Shown here piece by piece: positions 1 to 7,597 of a stretch of DNA of 13,483 nt. Position numbers and translations under genes: made by a program. How positions within the stretch are numbered: the stretch's first letter is position 1; each line of letters opens with the position of its first letter. The notes under the pieces are model-generated. The model had not been told where the DNA came from, did not search any database, and worked only from the letters and a program-made list of their open reading frames with translations. Origin of the DNA: Chitinivibrionales bacterium (lineage in GTDB: Bacteria; Fibrobacterota; Chitinivibrionia; Chitinivibrionales; WJKA01); contig JBBRUX010000069.1 of NCBI GenBank assembly GCA_038247415.1, positions 1 through 13,483 on the forward strand, in the 5' to 3' direction.

Positions 1-585
1 CAAACAACATTGCGTTCCGAAATCGGAAAGATCGAACTTGACCGCACATTTGAGGAACGTACTCACATCAATATGATGGTTGTCACCGAGCTGGATAAGG
101 CAACAGAATCGTGGGGAGTCAAGGTTTTGCGTTACGAAATCAAGAACATTACACCCCCAACCGATGTGCTTGCGGCAATGGAAAAACAGATGCGCGCAGA
201 GCGGGAAAAACGAGCAATCATTCTGCAATCCGAGGGAACACGTGACGCAGCCATCAATAACGCTGAAGGTGACAAACAGCAAGTTATCAAAGCTTCCGAA
301 GCAACCAAGCAACAGCGGATCAACGAAGCCGAGGGGCAGGCTGCAGCTATCTTGTCGGTGGCGACAGCCACTGCCGAAGGTATTAAACGGGTTGCGGAAT
401 CGATAAAAACTTCCGGAGGTTTTGAAGCGGTACAGTTGCGCGTTGCCGAACAGTATATCGCTCAGTTTGGCAATATTGCCAAGCACGGCAATACGCTCAT
501 TATTCCGGCAAATCTTTCGGATGTGGGTAGCATCATTGCAACAGCCATGACGACCATTCAAAAGGCACAAGTGCCTAAAGTATAG
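1..585 (+). CDS. SPFH/Band-7 (stomatin/QmcA-like) protein, 3' part; 5' end lies outside the window
   Basis: Open frame from base 1 ([20 protein letters not shown]...[16 protein letters not shown]...[20 protein letters not shown]...AEGQAAAIL...[16 protein letters not shown]...[10 protein letters not shown]). This is the typical SPFH core + coiled coil + Band_7_C pattern. TAG at 583-585. Confidence 0.93.
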   Translation, partial: QTTLRSEIGKIELDRTFEERTHINMMVVTELDKATESWGVKVLRYEIKNITPPTDVLAAMEKQMRAEREKRAIILQSEGTRDAAINNAEGDKQQVIKASEATKQQRINEAEGQAAAILSVATATAEGIKRVAESIKTSGGFEAVQLRVAEQYIAQFGNIAKHGNTLIIPANLSDVGSIIATAMTTIQKAQVPKV

Positions 586-1069
586 TTGCTGGTGTGACAT
601 GTAAAGACTGGGTCAGCGATTATCTATGTTCTTTGCTACGTTCGCACTATCATGGTATCGGCAGTGTTGCAGTATCTGCAATGGTTCTGGCCGGCTGTGG
701 TAGTGCTTCATAAAGGAAAATTCCTATCTATTTTTTTCTTAGCTCGCCTTTTTTAAGGCGAAGCAGTACTCCTGTTTACCTCAATGACTAGCAAGTCTAT
801 AACCCATTTTTTCCCGTGATGCATCATTTACAAAGATACATGGTTTTGAAGCTTGAATCAAGAAAAAGGGAAAGTGATTTTCCGGAGGTTTCCCTTTAGA
901 GCAAACAGAAAGAATTTCTGGGATAACGTAGTAACTAAAAATTGACTATTAGGCATGAAGTGTGCGAGGCATGAACACGTCAGAGTGCAAAAGATCTCCT
1001 ATGCCGATCATGCGAGCAGTTTGCCTTGGCCTTAGCCCAATCAAAAAAGCGCGAATTATATTCAGAACT

Positions 1070-1515
1070 ATGTCTGAAACCATCACGTTTAAAGAATATA
1101 TAAACGAAAATGTCAGAATATTCGACATTCAGTACCGCACACATGCAACAGAGAAATTGATTGCCGGATTTTCGTTGACTGATACTGAAGCTGAATTTTT
1201 TAAGCTTCTTGTGCGCTTTGCACATGCAAAGACCGAGGATTTGCGCACCGAACCTTTTCGTATGCTTAAAGCGTGCATTCGCGACTTGTGCGATTGGGGC
1301 ATGGCGACGCAGGATAGCAGTGGATCGGCTTCCTGCAGATAAAAAACATGCCTCGTCAATGTTGCTGAGCGTGAGCGGCGAATTGCGGGGCCAGATTACT
1401 CTTGAAATCGAAGCTTTTCGTCAATGGATCTGGGACATGGTCGAGAAAGATACACACGCCCCAACAGAAGTGATGCAGCTTAATGTACAATATATACCAC
1501 GATTTGTTGAAGGTG
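1070..1515 (+). pseudogene. TIGR02147-family pseudogene with internal deletions and a frameshift
   Basis: Segments align by eye to the intact paralogue at 12266-13132. VRIFD ~ KQIFN; LTDTEAEFFKLLVRFAHA ~ LKGKEAEYFELLVRFNQA. After a frame change near 1290-1320, LPADKKHASSMLLSVSGELRGQITLEIEAFRQWIWDMVEKDTHAPTEVMQLNVQYIP ~ QPKDQRHIGGAGFSASPQTFELIQDEIRACKQRILALAKADTKPSRVYHMNISVFP. About half the paralogue's length. Confidence 0.8.
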
Positions 1516-1522
1516 ATTCAAA

Positions 1523-1950
1523 GAGGCGGCTTCAGGAAAACCGTGGCGTCAACGTGCGAAGGAATTGATACTCAACCCATGCGGGATGGACAGCACAACC
1601 TACGATGAGTTTGGGGAGCTTAATCCTGGCATACCGGGAGGGGTTAAATCAACCGCTCAGGATTATCTGCGCTTTCTGCGCATGGTGATCAACCAAGGCA
1701 TGTATGGGTCAAAGCGTATTCTCTCTACCGCCTCGATACAGGAAATGTTTACAGATCAGAACACCGACAATCCGCTGTACCAAGGTGCCTCGTCGGTCTG
1801 GCCAGTCTCGCATCCCGATTACTCATATGGAATGGACACTGTTCAATATGGCTACGGATCGTGGATCTTCGGGCAAAAACCGACGAGCGGTTTTGTTGAG
1901 GAGATTTCCAGTCCAGGCCTTTATGGCACCTTTCCCTGGGTCGACAGAAA
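1523..1950 (+). pseudogene. Serine hydrolase (beta-lactamase class C-like) C-terminal fragment
   Basis: Frame reads EAASGKPWRQRAKELILNPCGMDST...NPGIPGGVKSTAQDYLRFLRMVINQGMYGSKRILS...YGYGSW...ISSPGLYGTFPWVDR, the typical C-terminal half of this family. No SxxK motif or start codon; in-frame TGA at 1514-1516 immediately upstream. Confidence 0.8.
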
Positions 1951-2284
1951 TCAATCCACAAACCGTACTTTTACTTTCTGGAGCCGTTCTCCTTTAGCGG
2001 CAAGTCCTATTTCACCCTTCACTCGCAACTCGACAAGGTGACCCCGCCCAAGACCACGATATCCTCGGTGTGGCTCTTCTCCATGGATCCGATAGGTTCC
2101 GGAATCCTCAAGCGCCGACTTGACGACGGGACTTGAGGCGCACCGCATTGATCCCGAGTTTTTCATCACCCCCAATGAGGTGTTCGCGTATTACAATGAG
2201 CTTCCATTTAGTATGTGTCAAGTAATGAAGCACGCTGCGACTACTCATGATCTTAATTCCCTCAAGATCTTTGTCACGAGCTGA
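1948..2284 (+). pseudogene. Frameshifted C-terminal fragment of a hypothetical protein (not in ORF track)
   Basis: Frame from 1948: KSIHKPYFYFLEPFSFSGKSYFTLHSQLDKVTPPKTTISSVWLFSMDPIGSGILKRRLDDGT* (TGA 2134-2136). Continues in the +1 frame from 2135: EAHRIDPEFFITPNEVFAYYNELPF...* (TGA 2282-2284). Protein-like and continuous across a single frameshift; family not identified with certainty. Confidence 0.45.
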
Positions 2285-2358
2285 ATCGATTCGTATGCGC
2301 CACATAAAGATCCACGAGTGAAAAAAGTTTAATCCTCTGCTTCGCGAAGCGCGAAAGT

Positions 2359-2709
2359 GTGACGGTATTTGATTATACCAGAATGATGCAAAGATTTATG
2401 GACGATGTTAATCTTGCAAGAACTGTTACAGACATGTTCGTAACAGAAATGCCAAAATACATTTGCACACTTAAACAGGCTGTGCTTGATTGTGATAGCA
2501 AAAATATCGAGTTACACGCGCATAGCATTCAAGGTGCTGCTGCAAATATCGGAACAGATCGTTTTCGCAGCATTGCCGCCGCAATTGAGAGCGCGGGACG
2601 GAGTGCAGATGTCTCCAAAGCATCGAGACATATCCCGGAACTCGAAAGTCAGTACAATGTGGCCGTTACCGAAATTCGCACAAAAATTCCGCCAATACCG
2701 CTAGGATAA
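2359..2709 (+). CDS. HPt (histidine phosphotransfer) domain protein
   Basis: VFD...MQRFMDDVNLARTVTDMFVTEMPKYICTLKQAV...IELHAHSIQGAAANIG...AAAIE matches the HPt helical pattern with the phospho-acceptor His (consensus HxLKGxAxxxG). GTG start with weak RBS. Confidence 0.85.
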   Translation: MTVFDYTRMMQRFMDDVNLARTVTDMFVTEMPKYICTLKQAVLDCDSKNIELHAHSIQGAAANIGTDRFRSIAAAIESAGRSADVSKASRHIPELESQYNVAVTEIRTKIPPIPLG

Positions 2710-2819
2710 GCACATTATCCTTCTTGAAGTTGTGTCTCCATGAAAGCAAATGCAAACCAGCAACTTCTTGAATATTTTTAATCGGCTCTACCCGTGTGCT
2801 TATTGCGTATATTAGATAC

Positions 2820-3362
2820 ATGGAAACCCCCAAGCCTCATGCATTAGCCAAAAGTTTTGCGACCAGCGAAATTCCTCTTTTAGCCCAGGCAAAAAAAGAT
2901 CTTTCGAAAAACAAACTGTTCTGCCGTGGCCTTTCTCATAATAGGCAAGATCCTCAGCAACTAGAATCTGAAGCAAAAGCTCTTGTCAAAAAGCATTGGG
3001 TCGGATACAACTGTCAGGCATGTTCCAATTGCTGCAAAAAAATCCAACCATTTTTTTCAAAGGATGAAGTGAGTGCGCTTGCCGAGCACTTCTCAACCGA
3101 TGTCGCTTCAATTGTCAAGAGCCATTTCAAGGTTTCGGCAGATGGCGAGGGGTTTGTTCCCCGTACAGGGGCGTGTCCGTATCTGGTGAAAGGGGCGTGT
3201 TCGATTTATCCCCTCCGTCCGCAAGGATGCCGCGATTTCCCGCATGTAGAGGAGCTCGTTCAATATGCCCCAATGCACGTTGAATCGACACTGGTTTGCC
3301 CGCCGATTTACAAGATTTTTAATGATCTTCGGTTGCGTTTAGAAGAATCCGGTAGTTCTTGA
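2820..3362 (+). CDS. YkgJ-family (UPF0153) cysteine-cluster, putative Zn/Fe-S-binding protein
   Basis: CQACSNCC (CxxCxxCC) ... CPYL...CSIYPLRPQGCRDFP ... CP motifs. ATG at 2820 preferred over GTG 2796 because TATATT lies 6 nt upstream of it. Confidence 0.88.
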   Translation: METPKPHALAKSFATSEIPLLAQAKKDLSKNKLFCRGLSHNRQDPQQLESEAKALVKKHWVGYNCQACSNCCKKIQPFFSKDEVSALAEHFSTDVASIVKSHFKVSADGEGFVPRTGACPYLVKGACSIYPLRPQGCRDFPHVEELVQYAPMHVESTLVCPPIYKIFNDLRLRLEESGSS

Positions 3363-3609
3363 CGAGTGCAGTAGGCTCCAACGACCCATTGTGCAAGTAT
3401 TTTCTTTAGAGAGTTGGGTTGGCTAACCTGGCAAGAAATTAATTATGCCCTAAGAAGTCTGTACTAAGGAGCGCTGTAATGTGTGGAAGGGCAAGGATCT
3501 TTGCGTAACGACTGGCAGTATCAAAAATATTTCGTTGATTACTTTTGTTTTGGTAAACAAGCCACGCAGTGCGGAACGACATCACCTATTAACAAGCAAC
3601 AAAAACAAA

Positions 3610-3820
3610 TTATTTATAATGAGACCACATTCGCAGGATGACTACACAACGTTCCTTTTCTTGTACTTGATAAACTAATCTGTGTTGAATAGTAAGTCTT
3701 CGTGAATAGGCTCCGGATAAATTTCCTGCTAATTTTTCGTACGGTGGTGGGTGTCGTGAAGGGATTTTTTTCCAGTAGGTGTACTAGCTTTAATGATGTA
3801 TCTTTTAACCCGGCGCCCTG
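3610..3820 (-). pseudogene. yoeB: Txe/YoeB-family toxin remnant (5'-truncated, frameshifted; not in ORF track)
   Basis: Minus strand reads AGLKDTSLKLVHLLEKNPFTT, then a +1 shift near 3750, then PPPYEKLAGNLSGAYSRRLTIQHRLVYQVQEKERCVVILRMWSHYK* (TAA 3612-3610). The EKLxGxLSGxYSRRxxxxHRLVY...MWxHY signature is diagnostic. In-frame TGA just upstream of 3820; no N-terminus or antitoxin visible. Confidence 0.88.
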
Positions 3821-3988
3821 TCATGCCATTGTGTGTTTTTGTATCTTCATACATGAGCGGAAATCTATACAAACCGCCAAACAATACACCACAATTTCCG
3901 ACACAAGAAAGCCTAATACGCTTCTTCTGGAAAGCATAATAATAATTGATTGACGGGTGACCTTACGTCGATTCCATCCTTATGCTAG

Positions 3989-4017
3989 TTGCGTTCCCCA
4001 CAGAAATAAAATATACT
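3989..4017 (+). promoter_or_regulatory. Putative sigma70 promoter of vapBC
   Basis: TTGCGT (3989-3994), 17-nt spacer, TATACT (4012-4017). GAGGA RBS at 4045-4049 before ATG 4056. Confidence 0.6.
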
Positions 4018-4055
4018 TAAATATAGACTACTAAACCTTTTCTTGAGGATATGAA

Positions 4056-4286
4056 ATGAAGACCGCCAAGGTATTTACCAACGGAAGCAGCCAAGCGATA
4101 AGGCTCCCTAAAGAGTTTCGCTTCAATTCCGATGAAGTCTTTGTGAAGAAGTTCGACAATATTGTTATGTTATTTTCTAAAGATGATCCTTGGGCGACAT
4201 TGATTGACAGTCTCAACAAATTCACCCCTGACTTTTTGATTAGTCGTAAACAGCCAAAAACTCAAGCTCGCTCAGGTCTTGCATGA
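4056..4286 (+). CDS. vapB: VapB antitoxin (AbrB/MazE/SpoVT DNA-binding fold)
   Basis: MKTAKVFTNGSSQAIRLPKEFRFNSDEVFVKK is a classic VapB/VagC N-terminus. RBS present; ATGA overlap with vapC. Confidence 0.95.
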   Translation: MKTAKVFTNGSSQAIRLPKEFRFNSDEVFVKKFDNIVMLFSKDDPWATLIDSLNKFTPDFLISRKQPKTQARSGLA

Positions 4287-4681
4287 AATATATGCTTGAT
4301 ACCAATATCTGCATATATATAATCAAGAAACGTCCGATTCATGTCTTGCACCGTCTCCAAAAACAATCGTCCGCAGATATTGCTATGTCTTCAATCACTC
4401 TTTCGGAGCTTGATTATGGTGTGCAAAAAAGTGCTGATCCTACAAGAAATAAGCTAGCCCTTGCGCAATTTATGGCCCCGATAGAGATTGTTCCCTACGA
4501 TGAAGCAGCAGCTTCTAAGTATGGCGAAATCTGGGCTGATCTAGAAAAAAAAGGCTGTGTCATCGGCTCGATGGATATGCTCATTGCAGCGCACTGTGTG
4601 TCACGTAACCTAACGCTTGTAACTAACAATACCAAGGAATTTAAAAGAGTTGAGAAATTAAAATTGGATAATTGGGCTTAA
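4283..4681 (+). CDS. vapC: VapC PIN-domain ribonuclease toxin (resembles the tRNA-fMet-cleaving type)
   Basis: YMLDTNICIY...SSITLSEL.YG...IGSMDMLIAAH...LVTNNTKEFKRV..L...NW. Conserved acidic PIN residues present; overlaps vapB stop. Confidence 0.95.
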   Translation: MKYMLDTNICIYIIKKRPIHVLHRLQKQSSADIAMSSITLSELDYGVQKSADPTRNKLALAQFMAPIEIVPYDEAAASKYGEIWADLEKKGCVIGSMDMLIAAHCVSRNLTLVTNNTKEFKRVEKLKLDNWA

Positions 4682-4741
4682 CTTTTTGCGTCTGGTTTAA
4701 TGGCTTGGTGTGGATTAATATCACACGTGCAGGTGCTTTAC

Positions 4742-5131
4742 TTAAAGTATAATAAGCCCTAAATACTTTTCCATAGGCTCAAAATCACGGTCATTATGAA
4801 GTAGCTTAATGCTATTTTCAATGCAAAAAGTACCAATAATAATATCGATTGTTTTCCTGATCGTGATGCCTTTGTTTCTTAAAAGTCGGTTATTGTCAGC
4901 AGATTTAAGCGCTATATTTTTCCCAACTAAATTAAAGTATTCAAGCTGGGACAAAACCTGGTGTGCTGCTGCAATTTGACTTTTAGTTCTAAATCCTTGC
5001 ATTAGTTCAACAAGAATCAGATCTCCGGTAGCTATTCGCTCTTAGTCAAGTAGCGTGTCGAGCTGATCTGTTTTAATAGAATCAACGCCGCGGAAGTAGT
5101 CAATCCATATAGATGTGTCAACAAGAACCAT
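4742..5131 (-). pseudogene. vapC: Second VapC PIN toxin with premature stop at codon 30
   Basis: ATG 5131: MVLVDTSIWIDYFRGVDSIKTDQLDTLLD*ERIATGDLILVELMQGFR...IRKTIDIIIGTFCIENSIKLLHNDRDFEPM...; 130 codons in one frame with a single TAA at 5044-5042. The ORF track only caught the post-stop part (4742-5002). Confidence 0.9.
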
Positions 5132-5286
5132 TAATCTTTCCGCATGCTTTCCAAATCACCGTGCCATTTAAGTTTTCCCCGGTATTTTTTAATACATGAT
5201 TGTGATTTAACTTTTATCAATAATTTTAGCGCTGATTCGATTGTCTCTTTTTTGGTTTCAAATCCTGAAATCAGTTTTGCATCACT
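5131..5286 (-). pseudogene. vapB: VapB antitoxin (DUF2191/RHH-type), N-terminally truncated
   Basis: SDAKLISGFETKKETIESALKLLIKVKSQSCIKKYRGKLKWHGDLESMRKD* with TAATG overlap into the vapC start. The expected MRTNIxIDDxL N-terminus is absent, with an in-frame TGA at 5298-5296. Confidence 0.8.
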
Positions 5287-5303
5287 CTGCGCTATTCACA
5301 AGT

Positions 5304-5795
5304 TTAAATGTACCCAGCTGGTAACTTTCTAAGCATTGTGAAAGGGGGCGCCATTCCTTGTTGTTTGCGTCCATCACAGATCTTTGTTGAACGACTTGCT
5401 AGCGTTTTCTTACCTTTTTTAAATTTCTCAATCCTGGGAGCGTTTCTGTGCGGCTCGAATGTTAACCTACAATCATAGTACATAGTTCCGTTGTGTGCTA
5501 CAAATTTTACCTTATTAAAATATGCAAGCGCCTTGTGGGGTAATAATTTGGATTGGGTTGAATCGATAATTACTTTTACGCTGTCAACATTTTCCACTGC
5601 ATTGGCATATATCCTTAAAACCATTACTCCTTTGATAACCCCTTCATATCCAAACAGAGGTTTATCCAAAATAGTATCATAAACCGTTCGCTCTAAGGCA
5701 GCTGCCTTAATGCGGAATTGGCTGCTCTTGCACCCGCAGGAAAAACCTTTCGTCTTGCTTACCCTCTTGGCGGGCTGCCTCAAAATTTTTACCAA
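5304..5795 (-). CDS. Hypothetical protein or fragment with a possible TonB-C-terminal-like segment
   Basis: IKGVMVLRIYANAVENVDSVKVIIDSTQSKLLPHKALAYFNKVKF resembles the TonB_C pattern (GxVxLxxxxxxxGxVxxVxVxxS...AL..xKxxF). Both ORF ends look non-genic, so this is probably a remnant. Confidence 0.35.
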   Translation of the reverse strand: MVKILRQPAKRVSKTKGFSCGCKSSQFRIKAAALERTVYDTILDKPLFGYEGVIKGVMVLRIYANAVENVDSVKVIIDSTQSKLLPHKALAYFNKVKFVAHNGTMYYDCRLTFEPHRNAPRIEKFKKGKKTLASRSTKICDGRKQQGMAPPFTMLRKLPAGYI

Positions 5796-6002
5796 CCCTC
5801 AACCGATGCGATTTACGCATTAAGCAGTGAAAACGGTATAAAGCGGAAAATTTATCCAGCTGGCACGGGAGTAGGAACATATCGTTGTGTAAAAATGACT
5901 AATGATGGTACGCGCGTAGTTTTCTATGATAAAGACATAGTGTACGTATTAGGATGCAGCACAAGCCCTGAAAAATTGTTGCATAGCCATGAGGTTCTCT
6001 GT

Positions 6003-7595
6003 TTATCGGTCAAGTAGTAACCTTTTCATTGGGGCATCCGTGCGGCTTTTTGAGACGAAGTACATCCCAAGAGAAGGTTCAGTCCTTCGGACTGATGCTT
6101 TGCTTTGCTCTTGTGTAGACGAACTATGAACAATCTCTCCGCGTGCATTGTAAACCTTCATAGAACCCAAACTGGCATCTTGAAAGGAGCAGTATCTGCT
6201 ATTGACGGTGAGATTTGGCGAATCGAACTGAGCGCCTCGAATTGCATGAGGTTTAACTATTCCTGTAGGCGAAGCAGAATACCCGCTGTCGTTCTGATCG
6301 GCCACCAGAAATTGGTAGTCTCCGTATTTAACCCCCTCAACTTTAAGATTGATATAATATACACCTGGCGAGAGATCTTTCTCGATAATTCCTTGAAGTT
6401 TGTCAAGTCCATAGCCGCCCTCGATCGAGTCGTGAACTAACACTGCAAATGCATCGTTGAGCAGGCTTATGCGGGTAACTGTGCCATTTTGGTAGGTAAC
6501 CATGGTTCTGGTTTTCATCGATTTTGTTACTGTCAATTTGTAATAGATATCGGTCTTAGACAATGAAGTTGTCTGCGCATCAACAAATGAGATTGAGTCG
6601 ATAATAAAGGGATCGGTTTTGGTTCCGGCGCCTGTAAGCGAAGCTGGTTCAGAGTTAAGGGAGGGTACAGCACGGTCGGTAATTTGATACATGTTATCGA
6701 GGGCTTGAAGAGAGAGAAGATTTCTAAGGTTGTACCCGTTCTTTAATCCGGCAGGAGTTAGCCAGCAGCACTGGTTATATCCCAGAGCGCTTGGGTGAAG
6801 CCCGTCTCCACCGAGACCATGATTAGGTAAGGGCATCATGGCGCGATGCTCATTAACAAAAGGAATTTGATACTGTTGCGCAAGCGCCCGAACCAAATGG
6901 CCCATGGTGAGAGCATATTCAGGGAGATTTTTTCGAGGGCAAGGCGACATCAAAATCGGCACGACGCCATTGGCGATGCAGGAATCTACAATCGCGCGCA
7001 TACTCGCCATGTATCCCGACACGACTCCATACATGGTTCCCCATCCGCCTGCATCGTTCGCACCGTACATGACAAACGCGAATTGTGGAGAAAGGGCATC
7101 GATCTCCTTGCGCAGCGGGGTCGGGTTACCAGTGATTGCAAAACTTGCTTCTTGCGAAACCCTGGCCGCAGAACTATACCAGTTAAAGCAAGTGCGACCT
7201 TGAGGTGCGATAGTATCGCTGAGAAAGAATTTGAGTGCACCGTTGAGTTGGAACTTGTAAGTGTCAAGATTGCGACAATAGTCCCAGGCGGCAGTTGCCG
7301 GGGGGTTATAGTCGGGGCATACGAATTGACAGAGGTACTGAGAATTGGGTGAAGTCTTAGAATCGGTAGGATCGGAAGCCGATATCGAGTCGCCCACCTT
7401 GATAAAACGCGCCAAGTGTCTTCCCTTCGAAGCGCCAATTGCAACCAGTGCACGGATCCTATTTACCACCGCAGTGGTGATAGGAGAATGAATTCGGTTT
7501 TGAAAATAGCGCGTTGCTGCAAAAAGATCTGTTTGCGCAAGAACTAAAACGAAAGCAGCTGACAGAAAAGTGCTTCTAGTCGAGTAGTACTTCAT
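6003..7595 (-). CDS. Secreted SGNH/GDSL-family hydrolase (putative esterase) with a beta-rich accessory domain and T9SS-like C-terminal tail
   Basis: Signal peptide-like N-terminus; block I FIKVGDSIS; block III VMYGAND; block V GDGLHP (DxxH). DIYYKLTV...LSPGVYYINL resembles a PPC-like domain. Tail reads KVYNARGEIV...GMYFV. Confidence 0.85.
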   Translation of the reverse strand: MKYYSTRSTFLSAAFVLVLAQTDLFAATRYFQNRIHSPITTAVVNRIRALVAIGASKGRHLARFIKVGDSISASDPTDSKTSPNSQYLCQFVCPDYNPPATAAWDYCRNLDTYKFQLNGALKFFLSDTIAPQGRTCFNWYSSAARVSQEASFAITGNPTPLRKEIDALSPQFAFVMYGANDAGGWGTMYGVVSGYMASMRAIVDSCIANGVVPILMSPCPRKNLPEYALTMGHLVRALAQQYQIPFVNEHRAMMPLPNHGLGGDGLHPSALGYNQCCWLTPAGLKNGYNLRNLLSLQALDNMYQITDRAVPSLNSEPASLTGAGTKTDPFIIDSISFVDAQTTSLSKTDIYYKLTVTKSMKTRTMVTYQNGTVTRISLLNDAFAVLVHDSIEGGYGLDKLQGIIEKDLSPGVYYINLKVEGVKYGDYQFLVADQNDSGYSASPTGIVKPHAIRGAQFDSPNLTVNSRYCSFQDASLGSMKVYNARGEIVHSSSTQEQSKASVRRTEPSLGMYFVSKSRTDAPMKRLLLDR

Positions 7596-7597
7596 TC

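Noticed and set aside
594..713. Small frame ending in VAVSAMVLAGCGSAS (lipobox-like)
   Set aside because: Stops a few residues after the Cys, has no RBS, and is too short to support.
899..935. gcaaac-agaaa-gaa-tttct-ggg resembling the first stem of a c-di-GMP-I riboswitch
   Set aside because: No GNRA loop, no second GCAAA and no P3 stem.
962..1568. ORFs 962-1342 and 1209-1568 as two independent genes
   Set aside because: They are the two frames of one broken TIGR02147 gene.
3503..3620. GCGTAAC followed by an AT-rich arm, possible half attC
   Set aside because: No complementary arm or GTTRRRY partner found.
3481..3953. Plus-strand ORFs 3481-3678 and 3702-3953
   Set aside because: They are antisense to the YoeB remnant, with no recognisable motifs or RBS.
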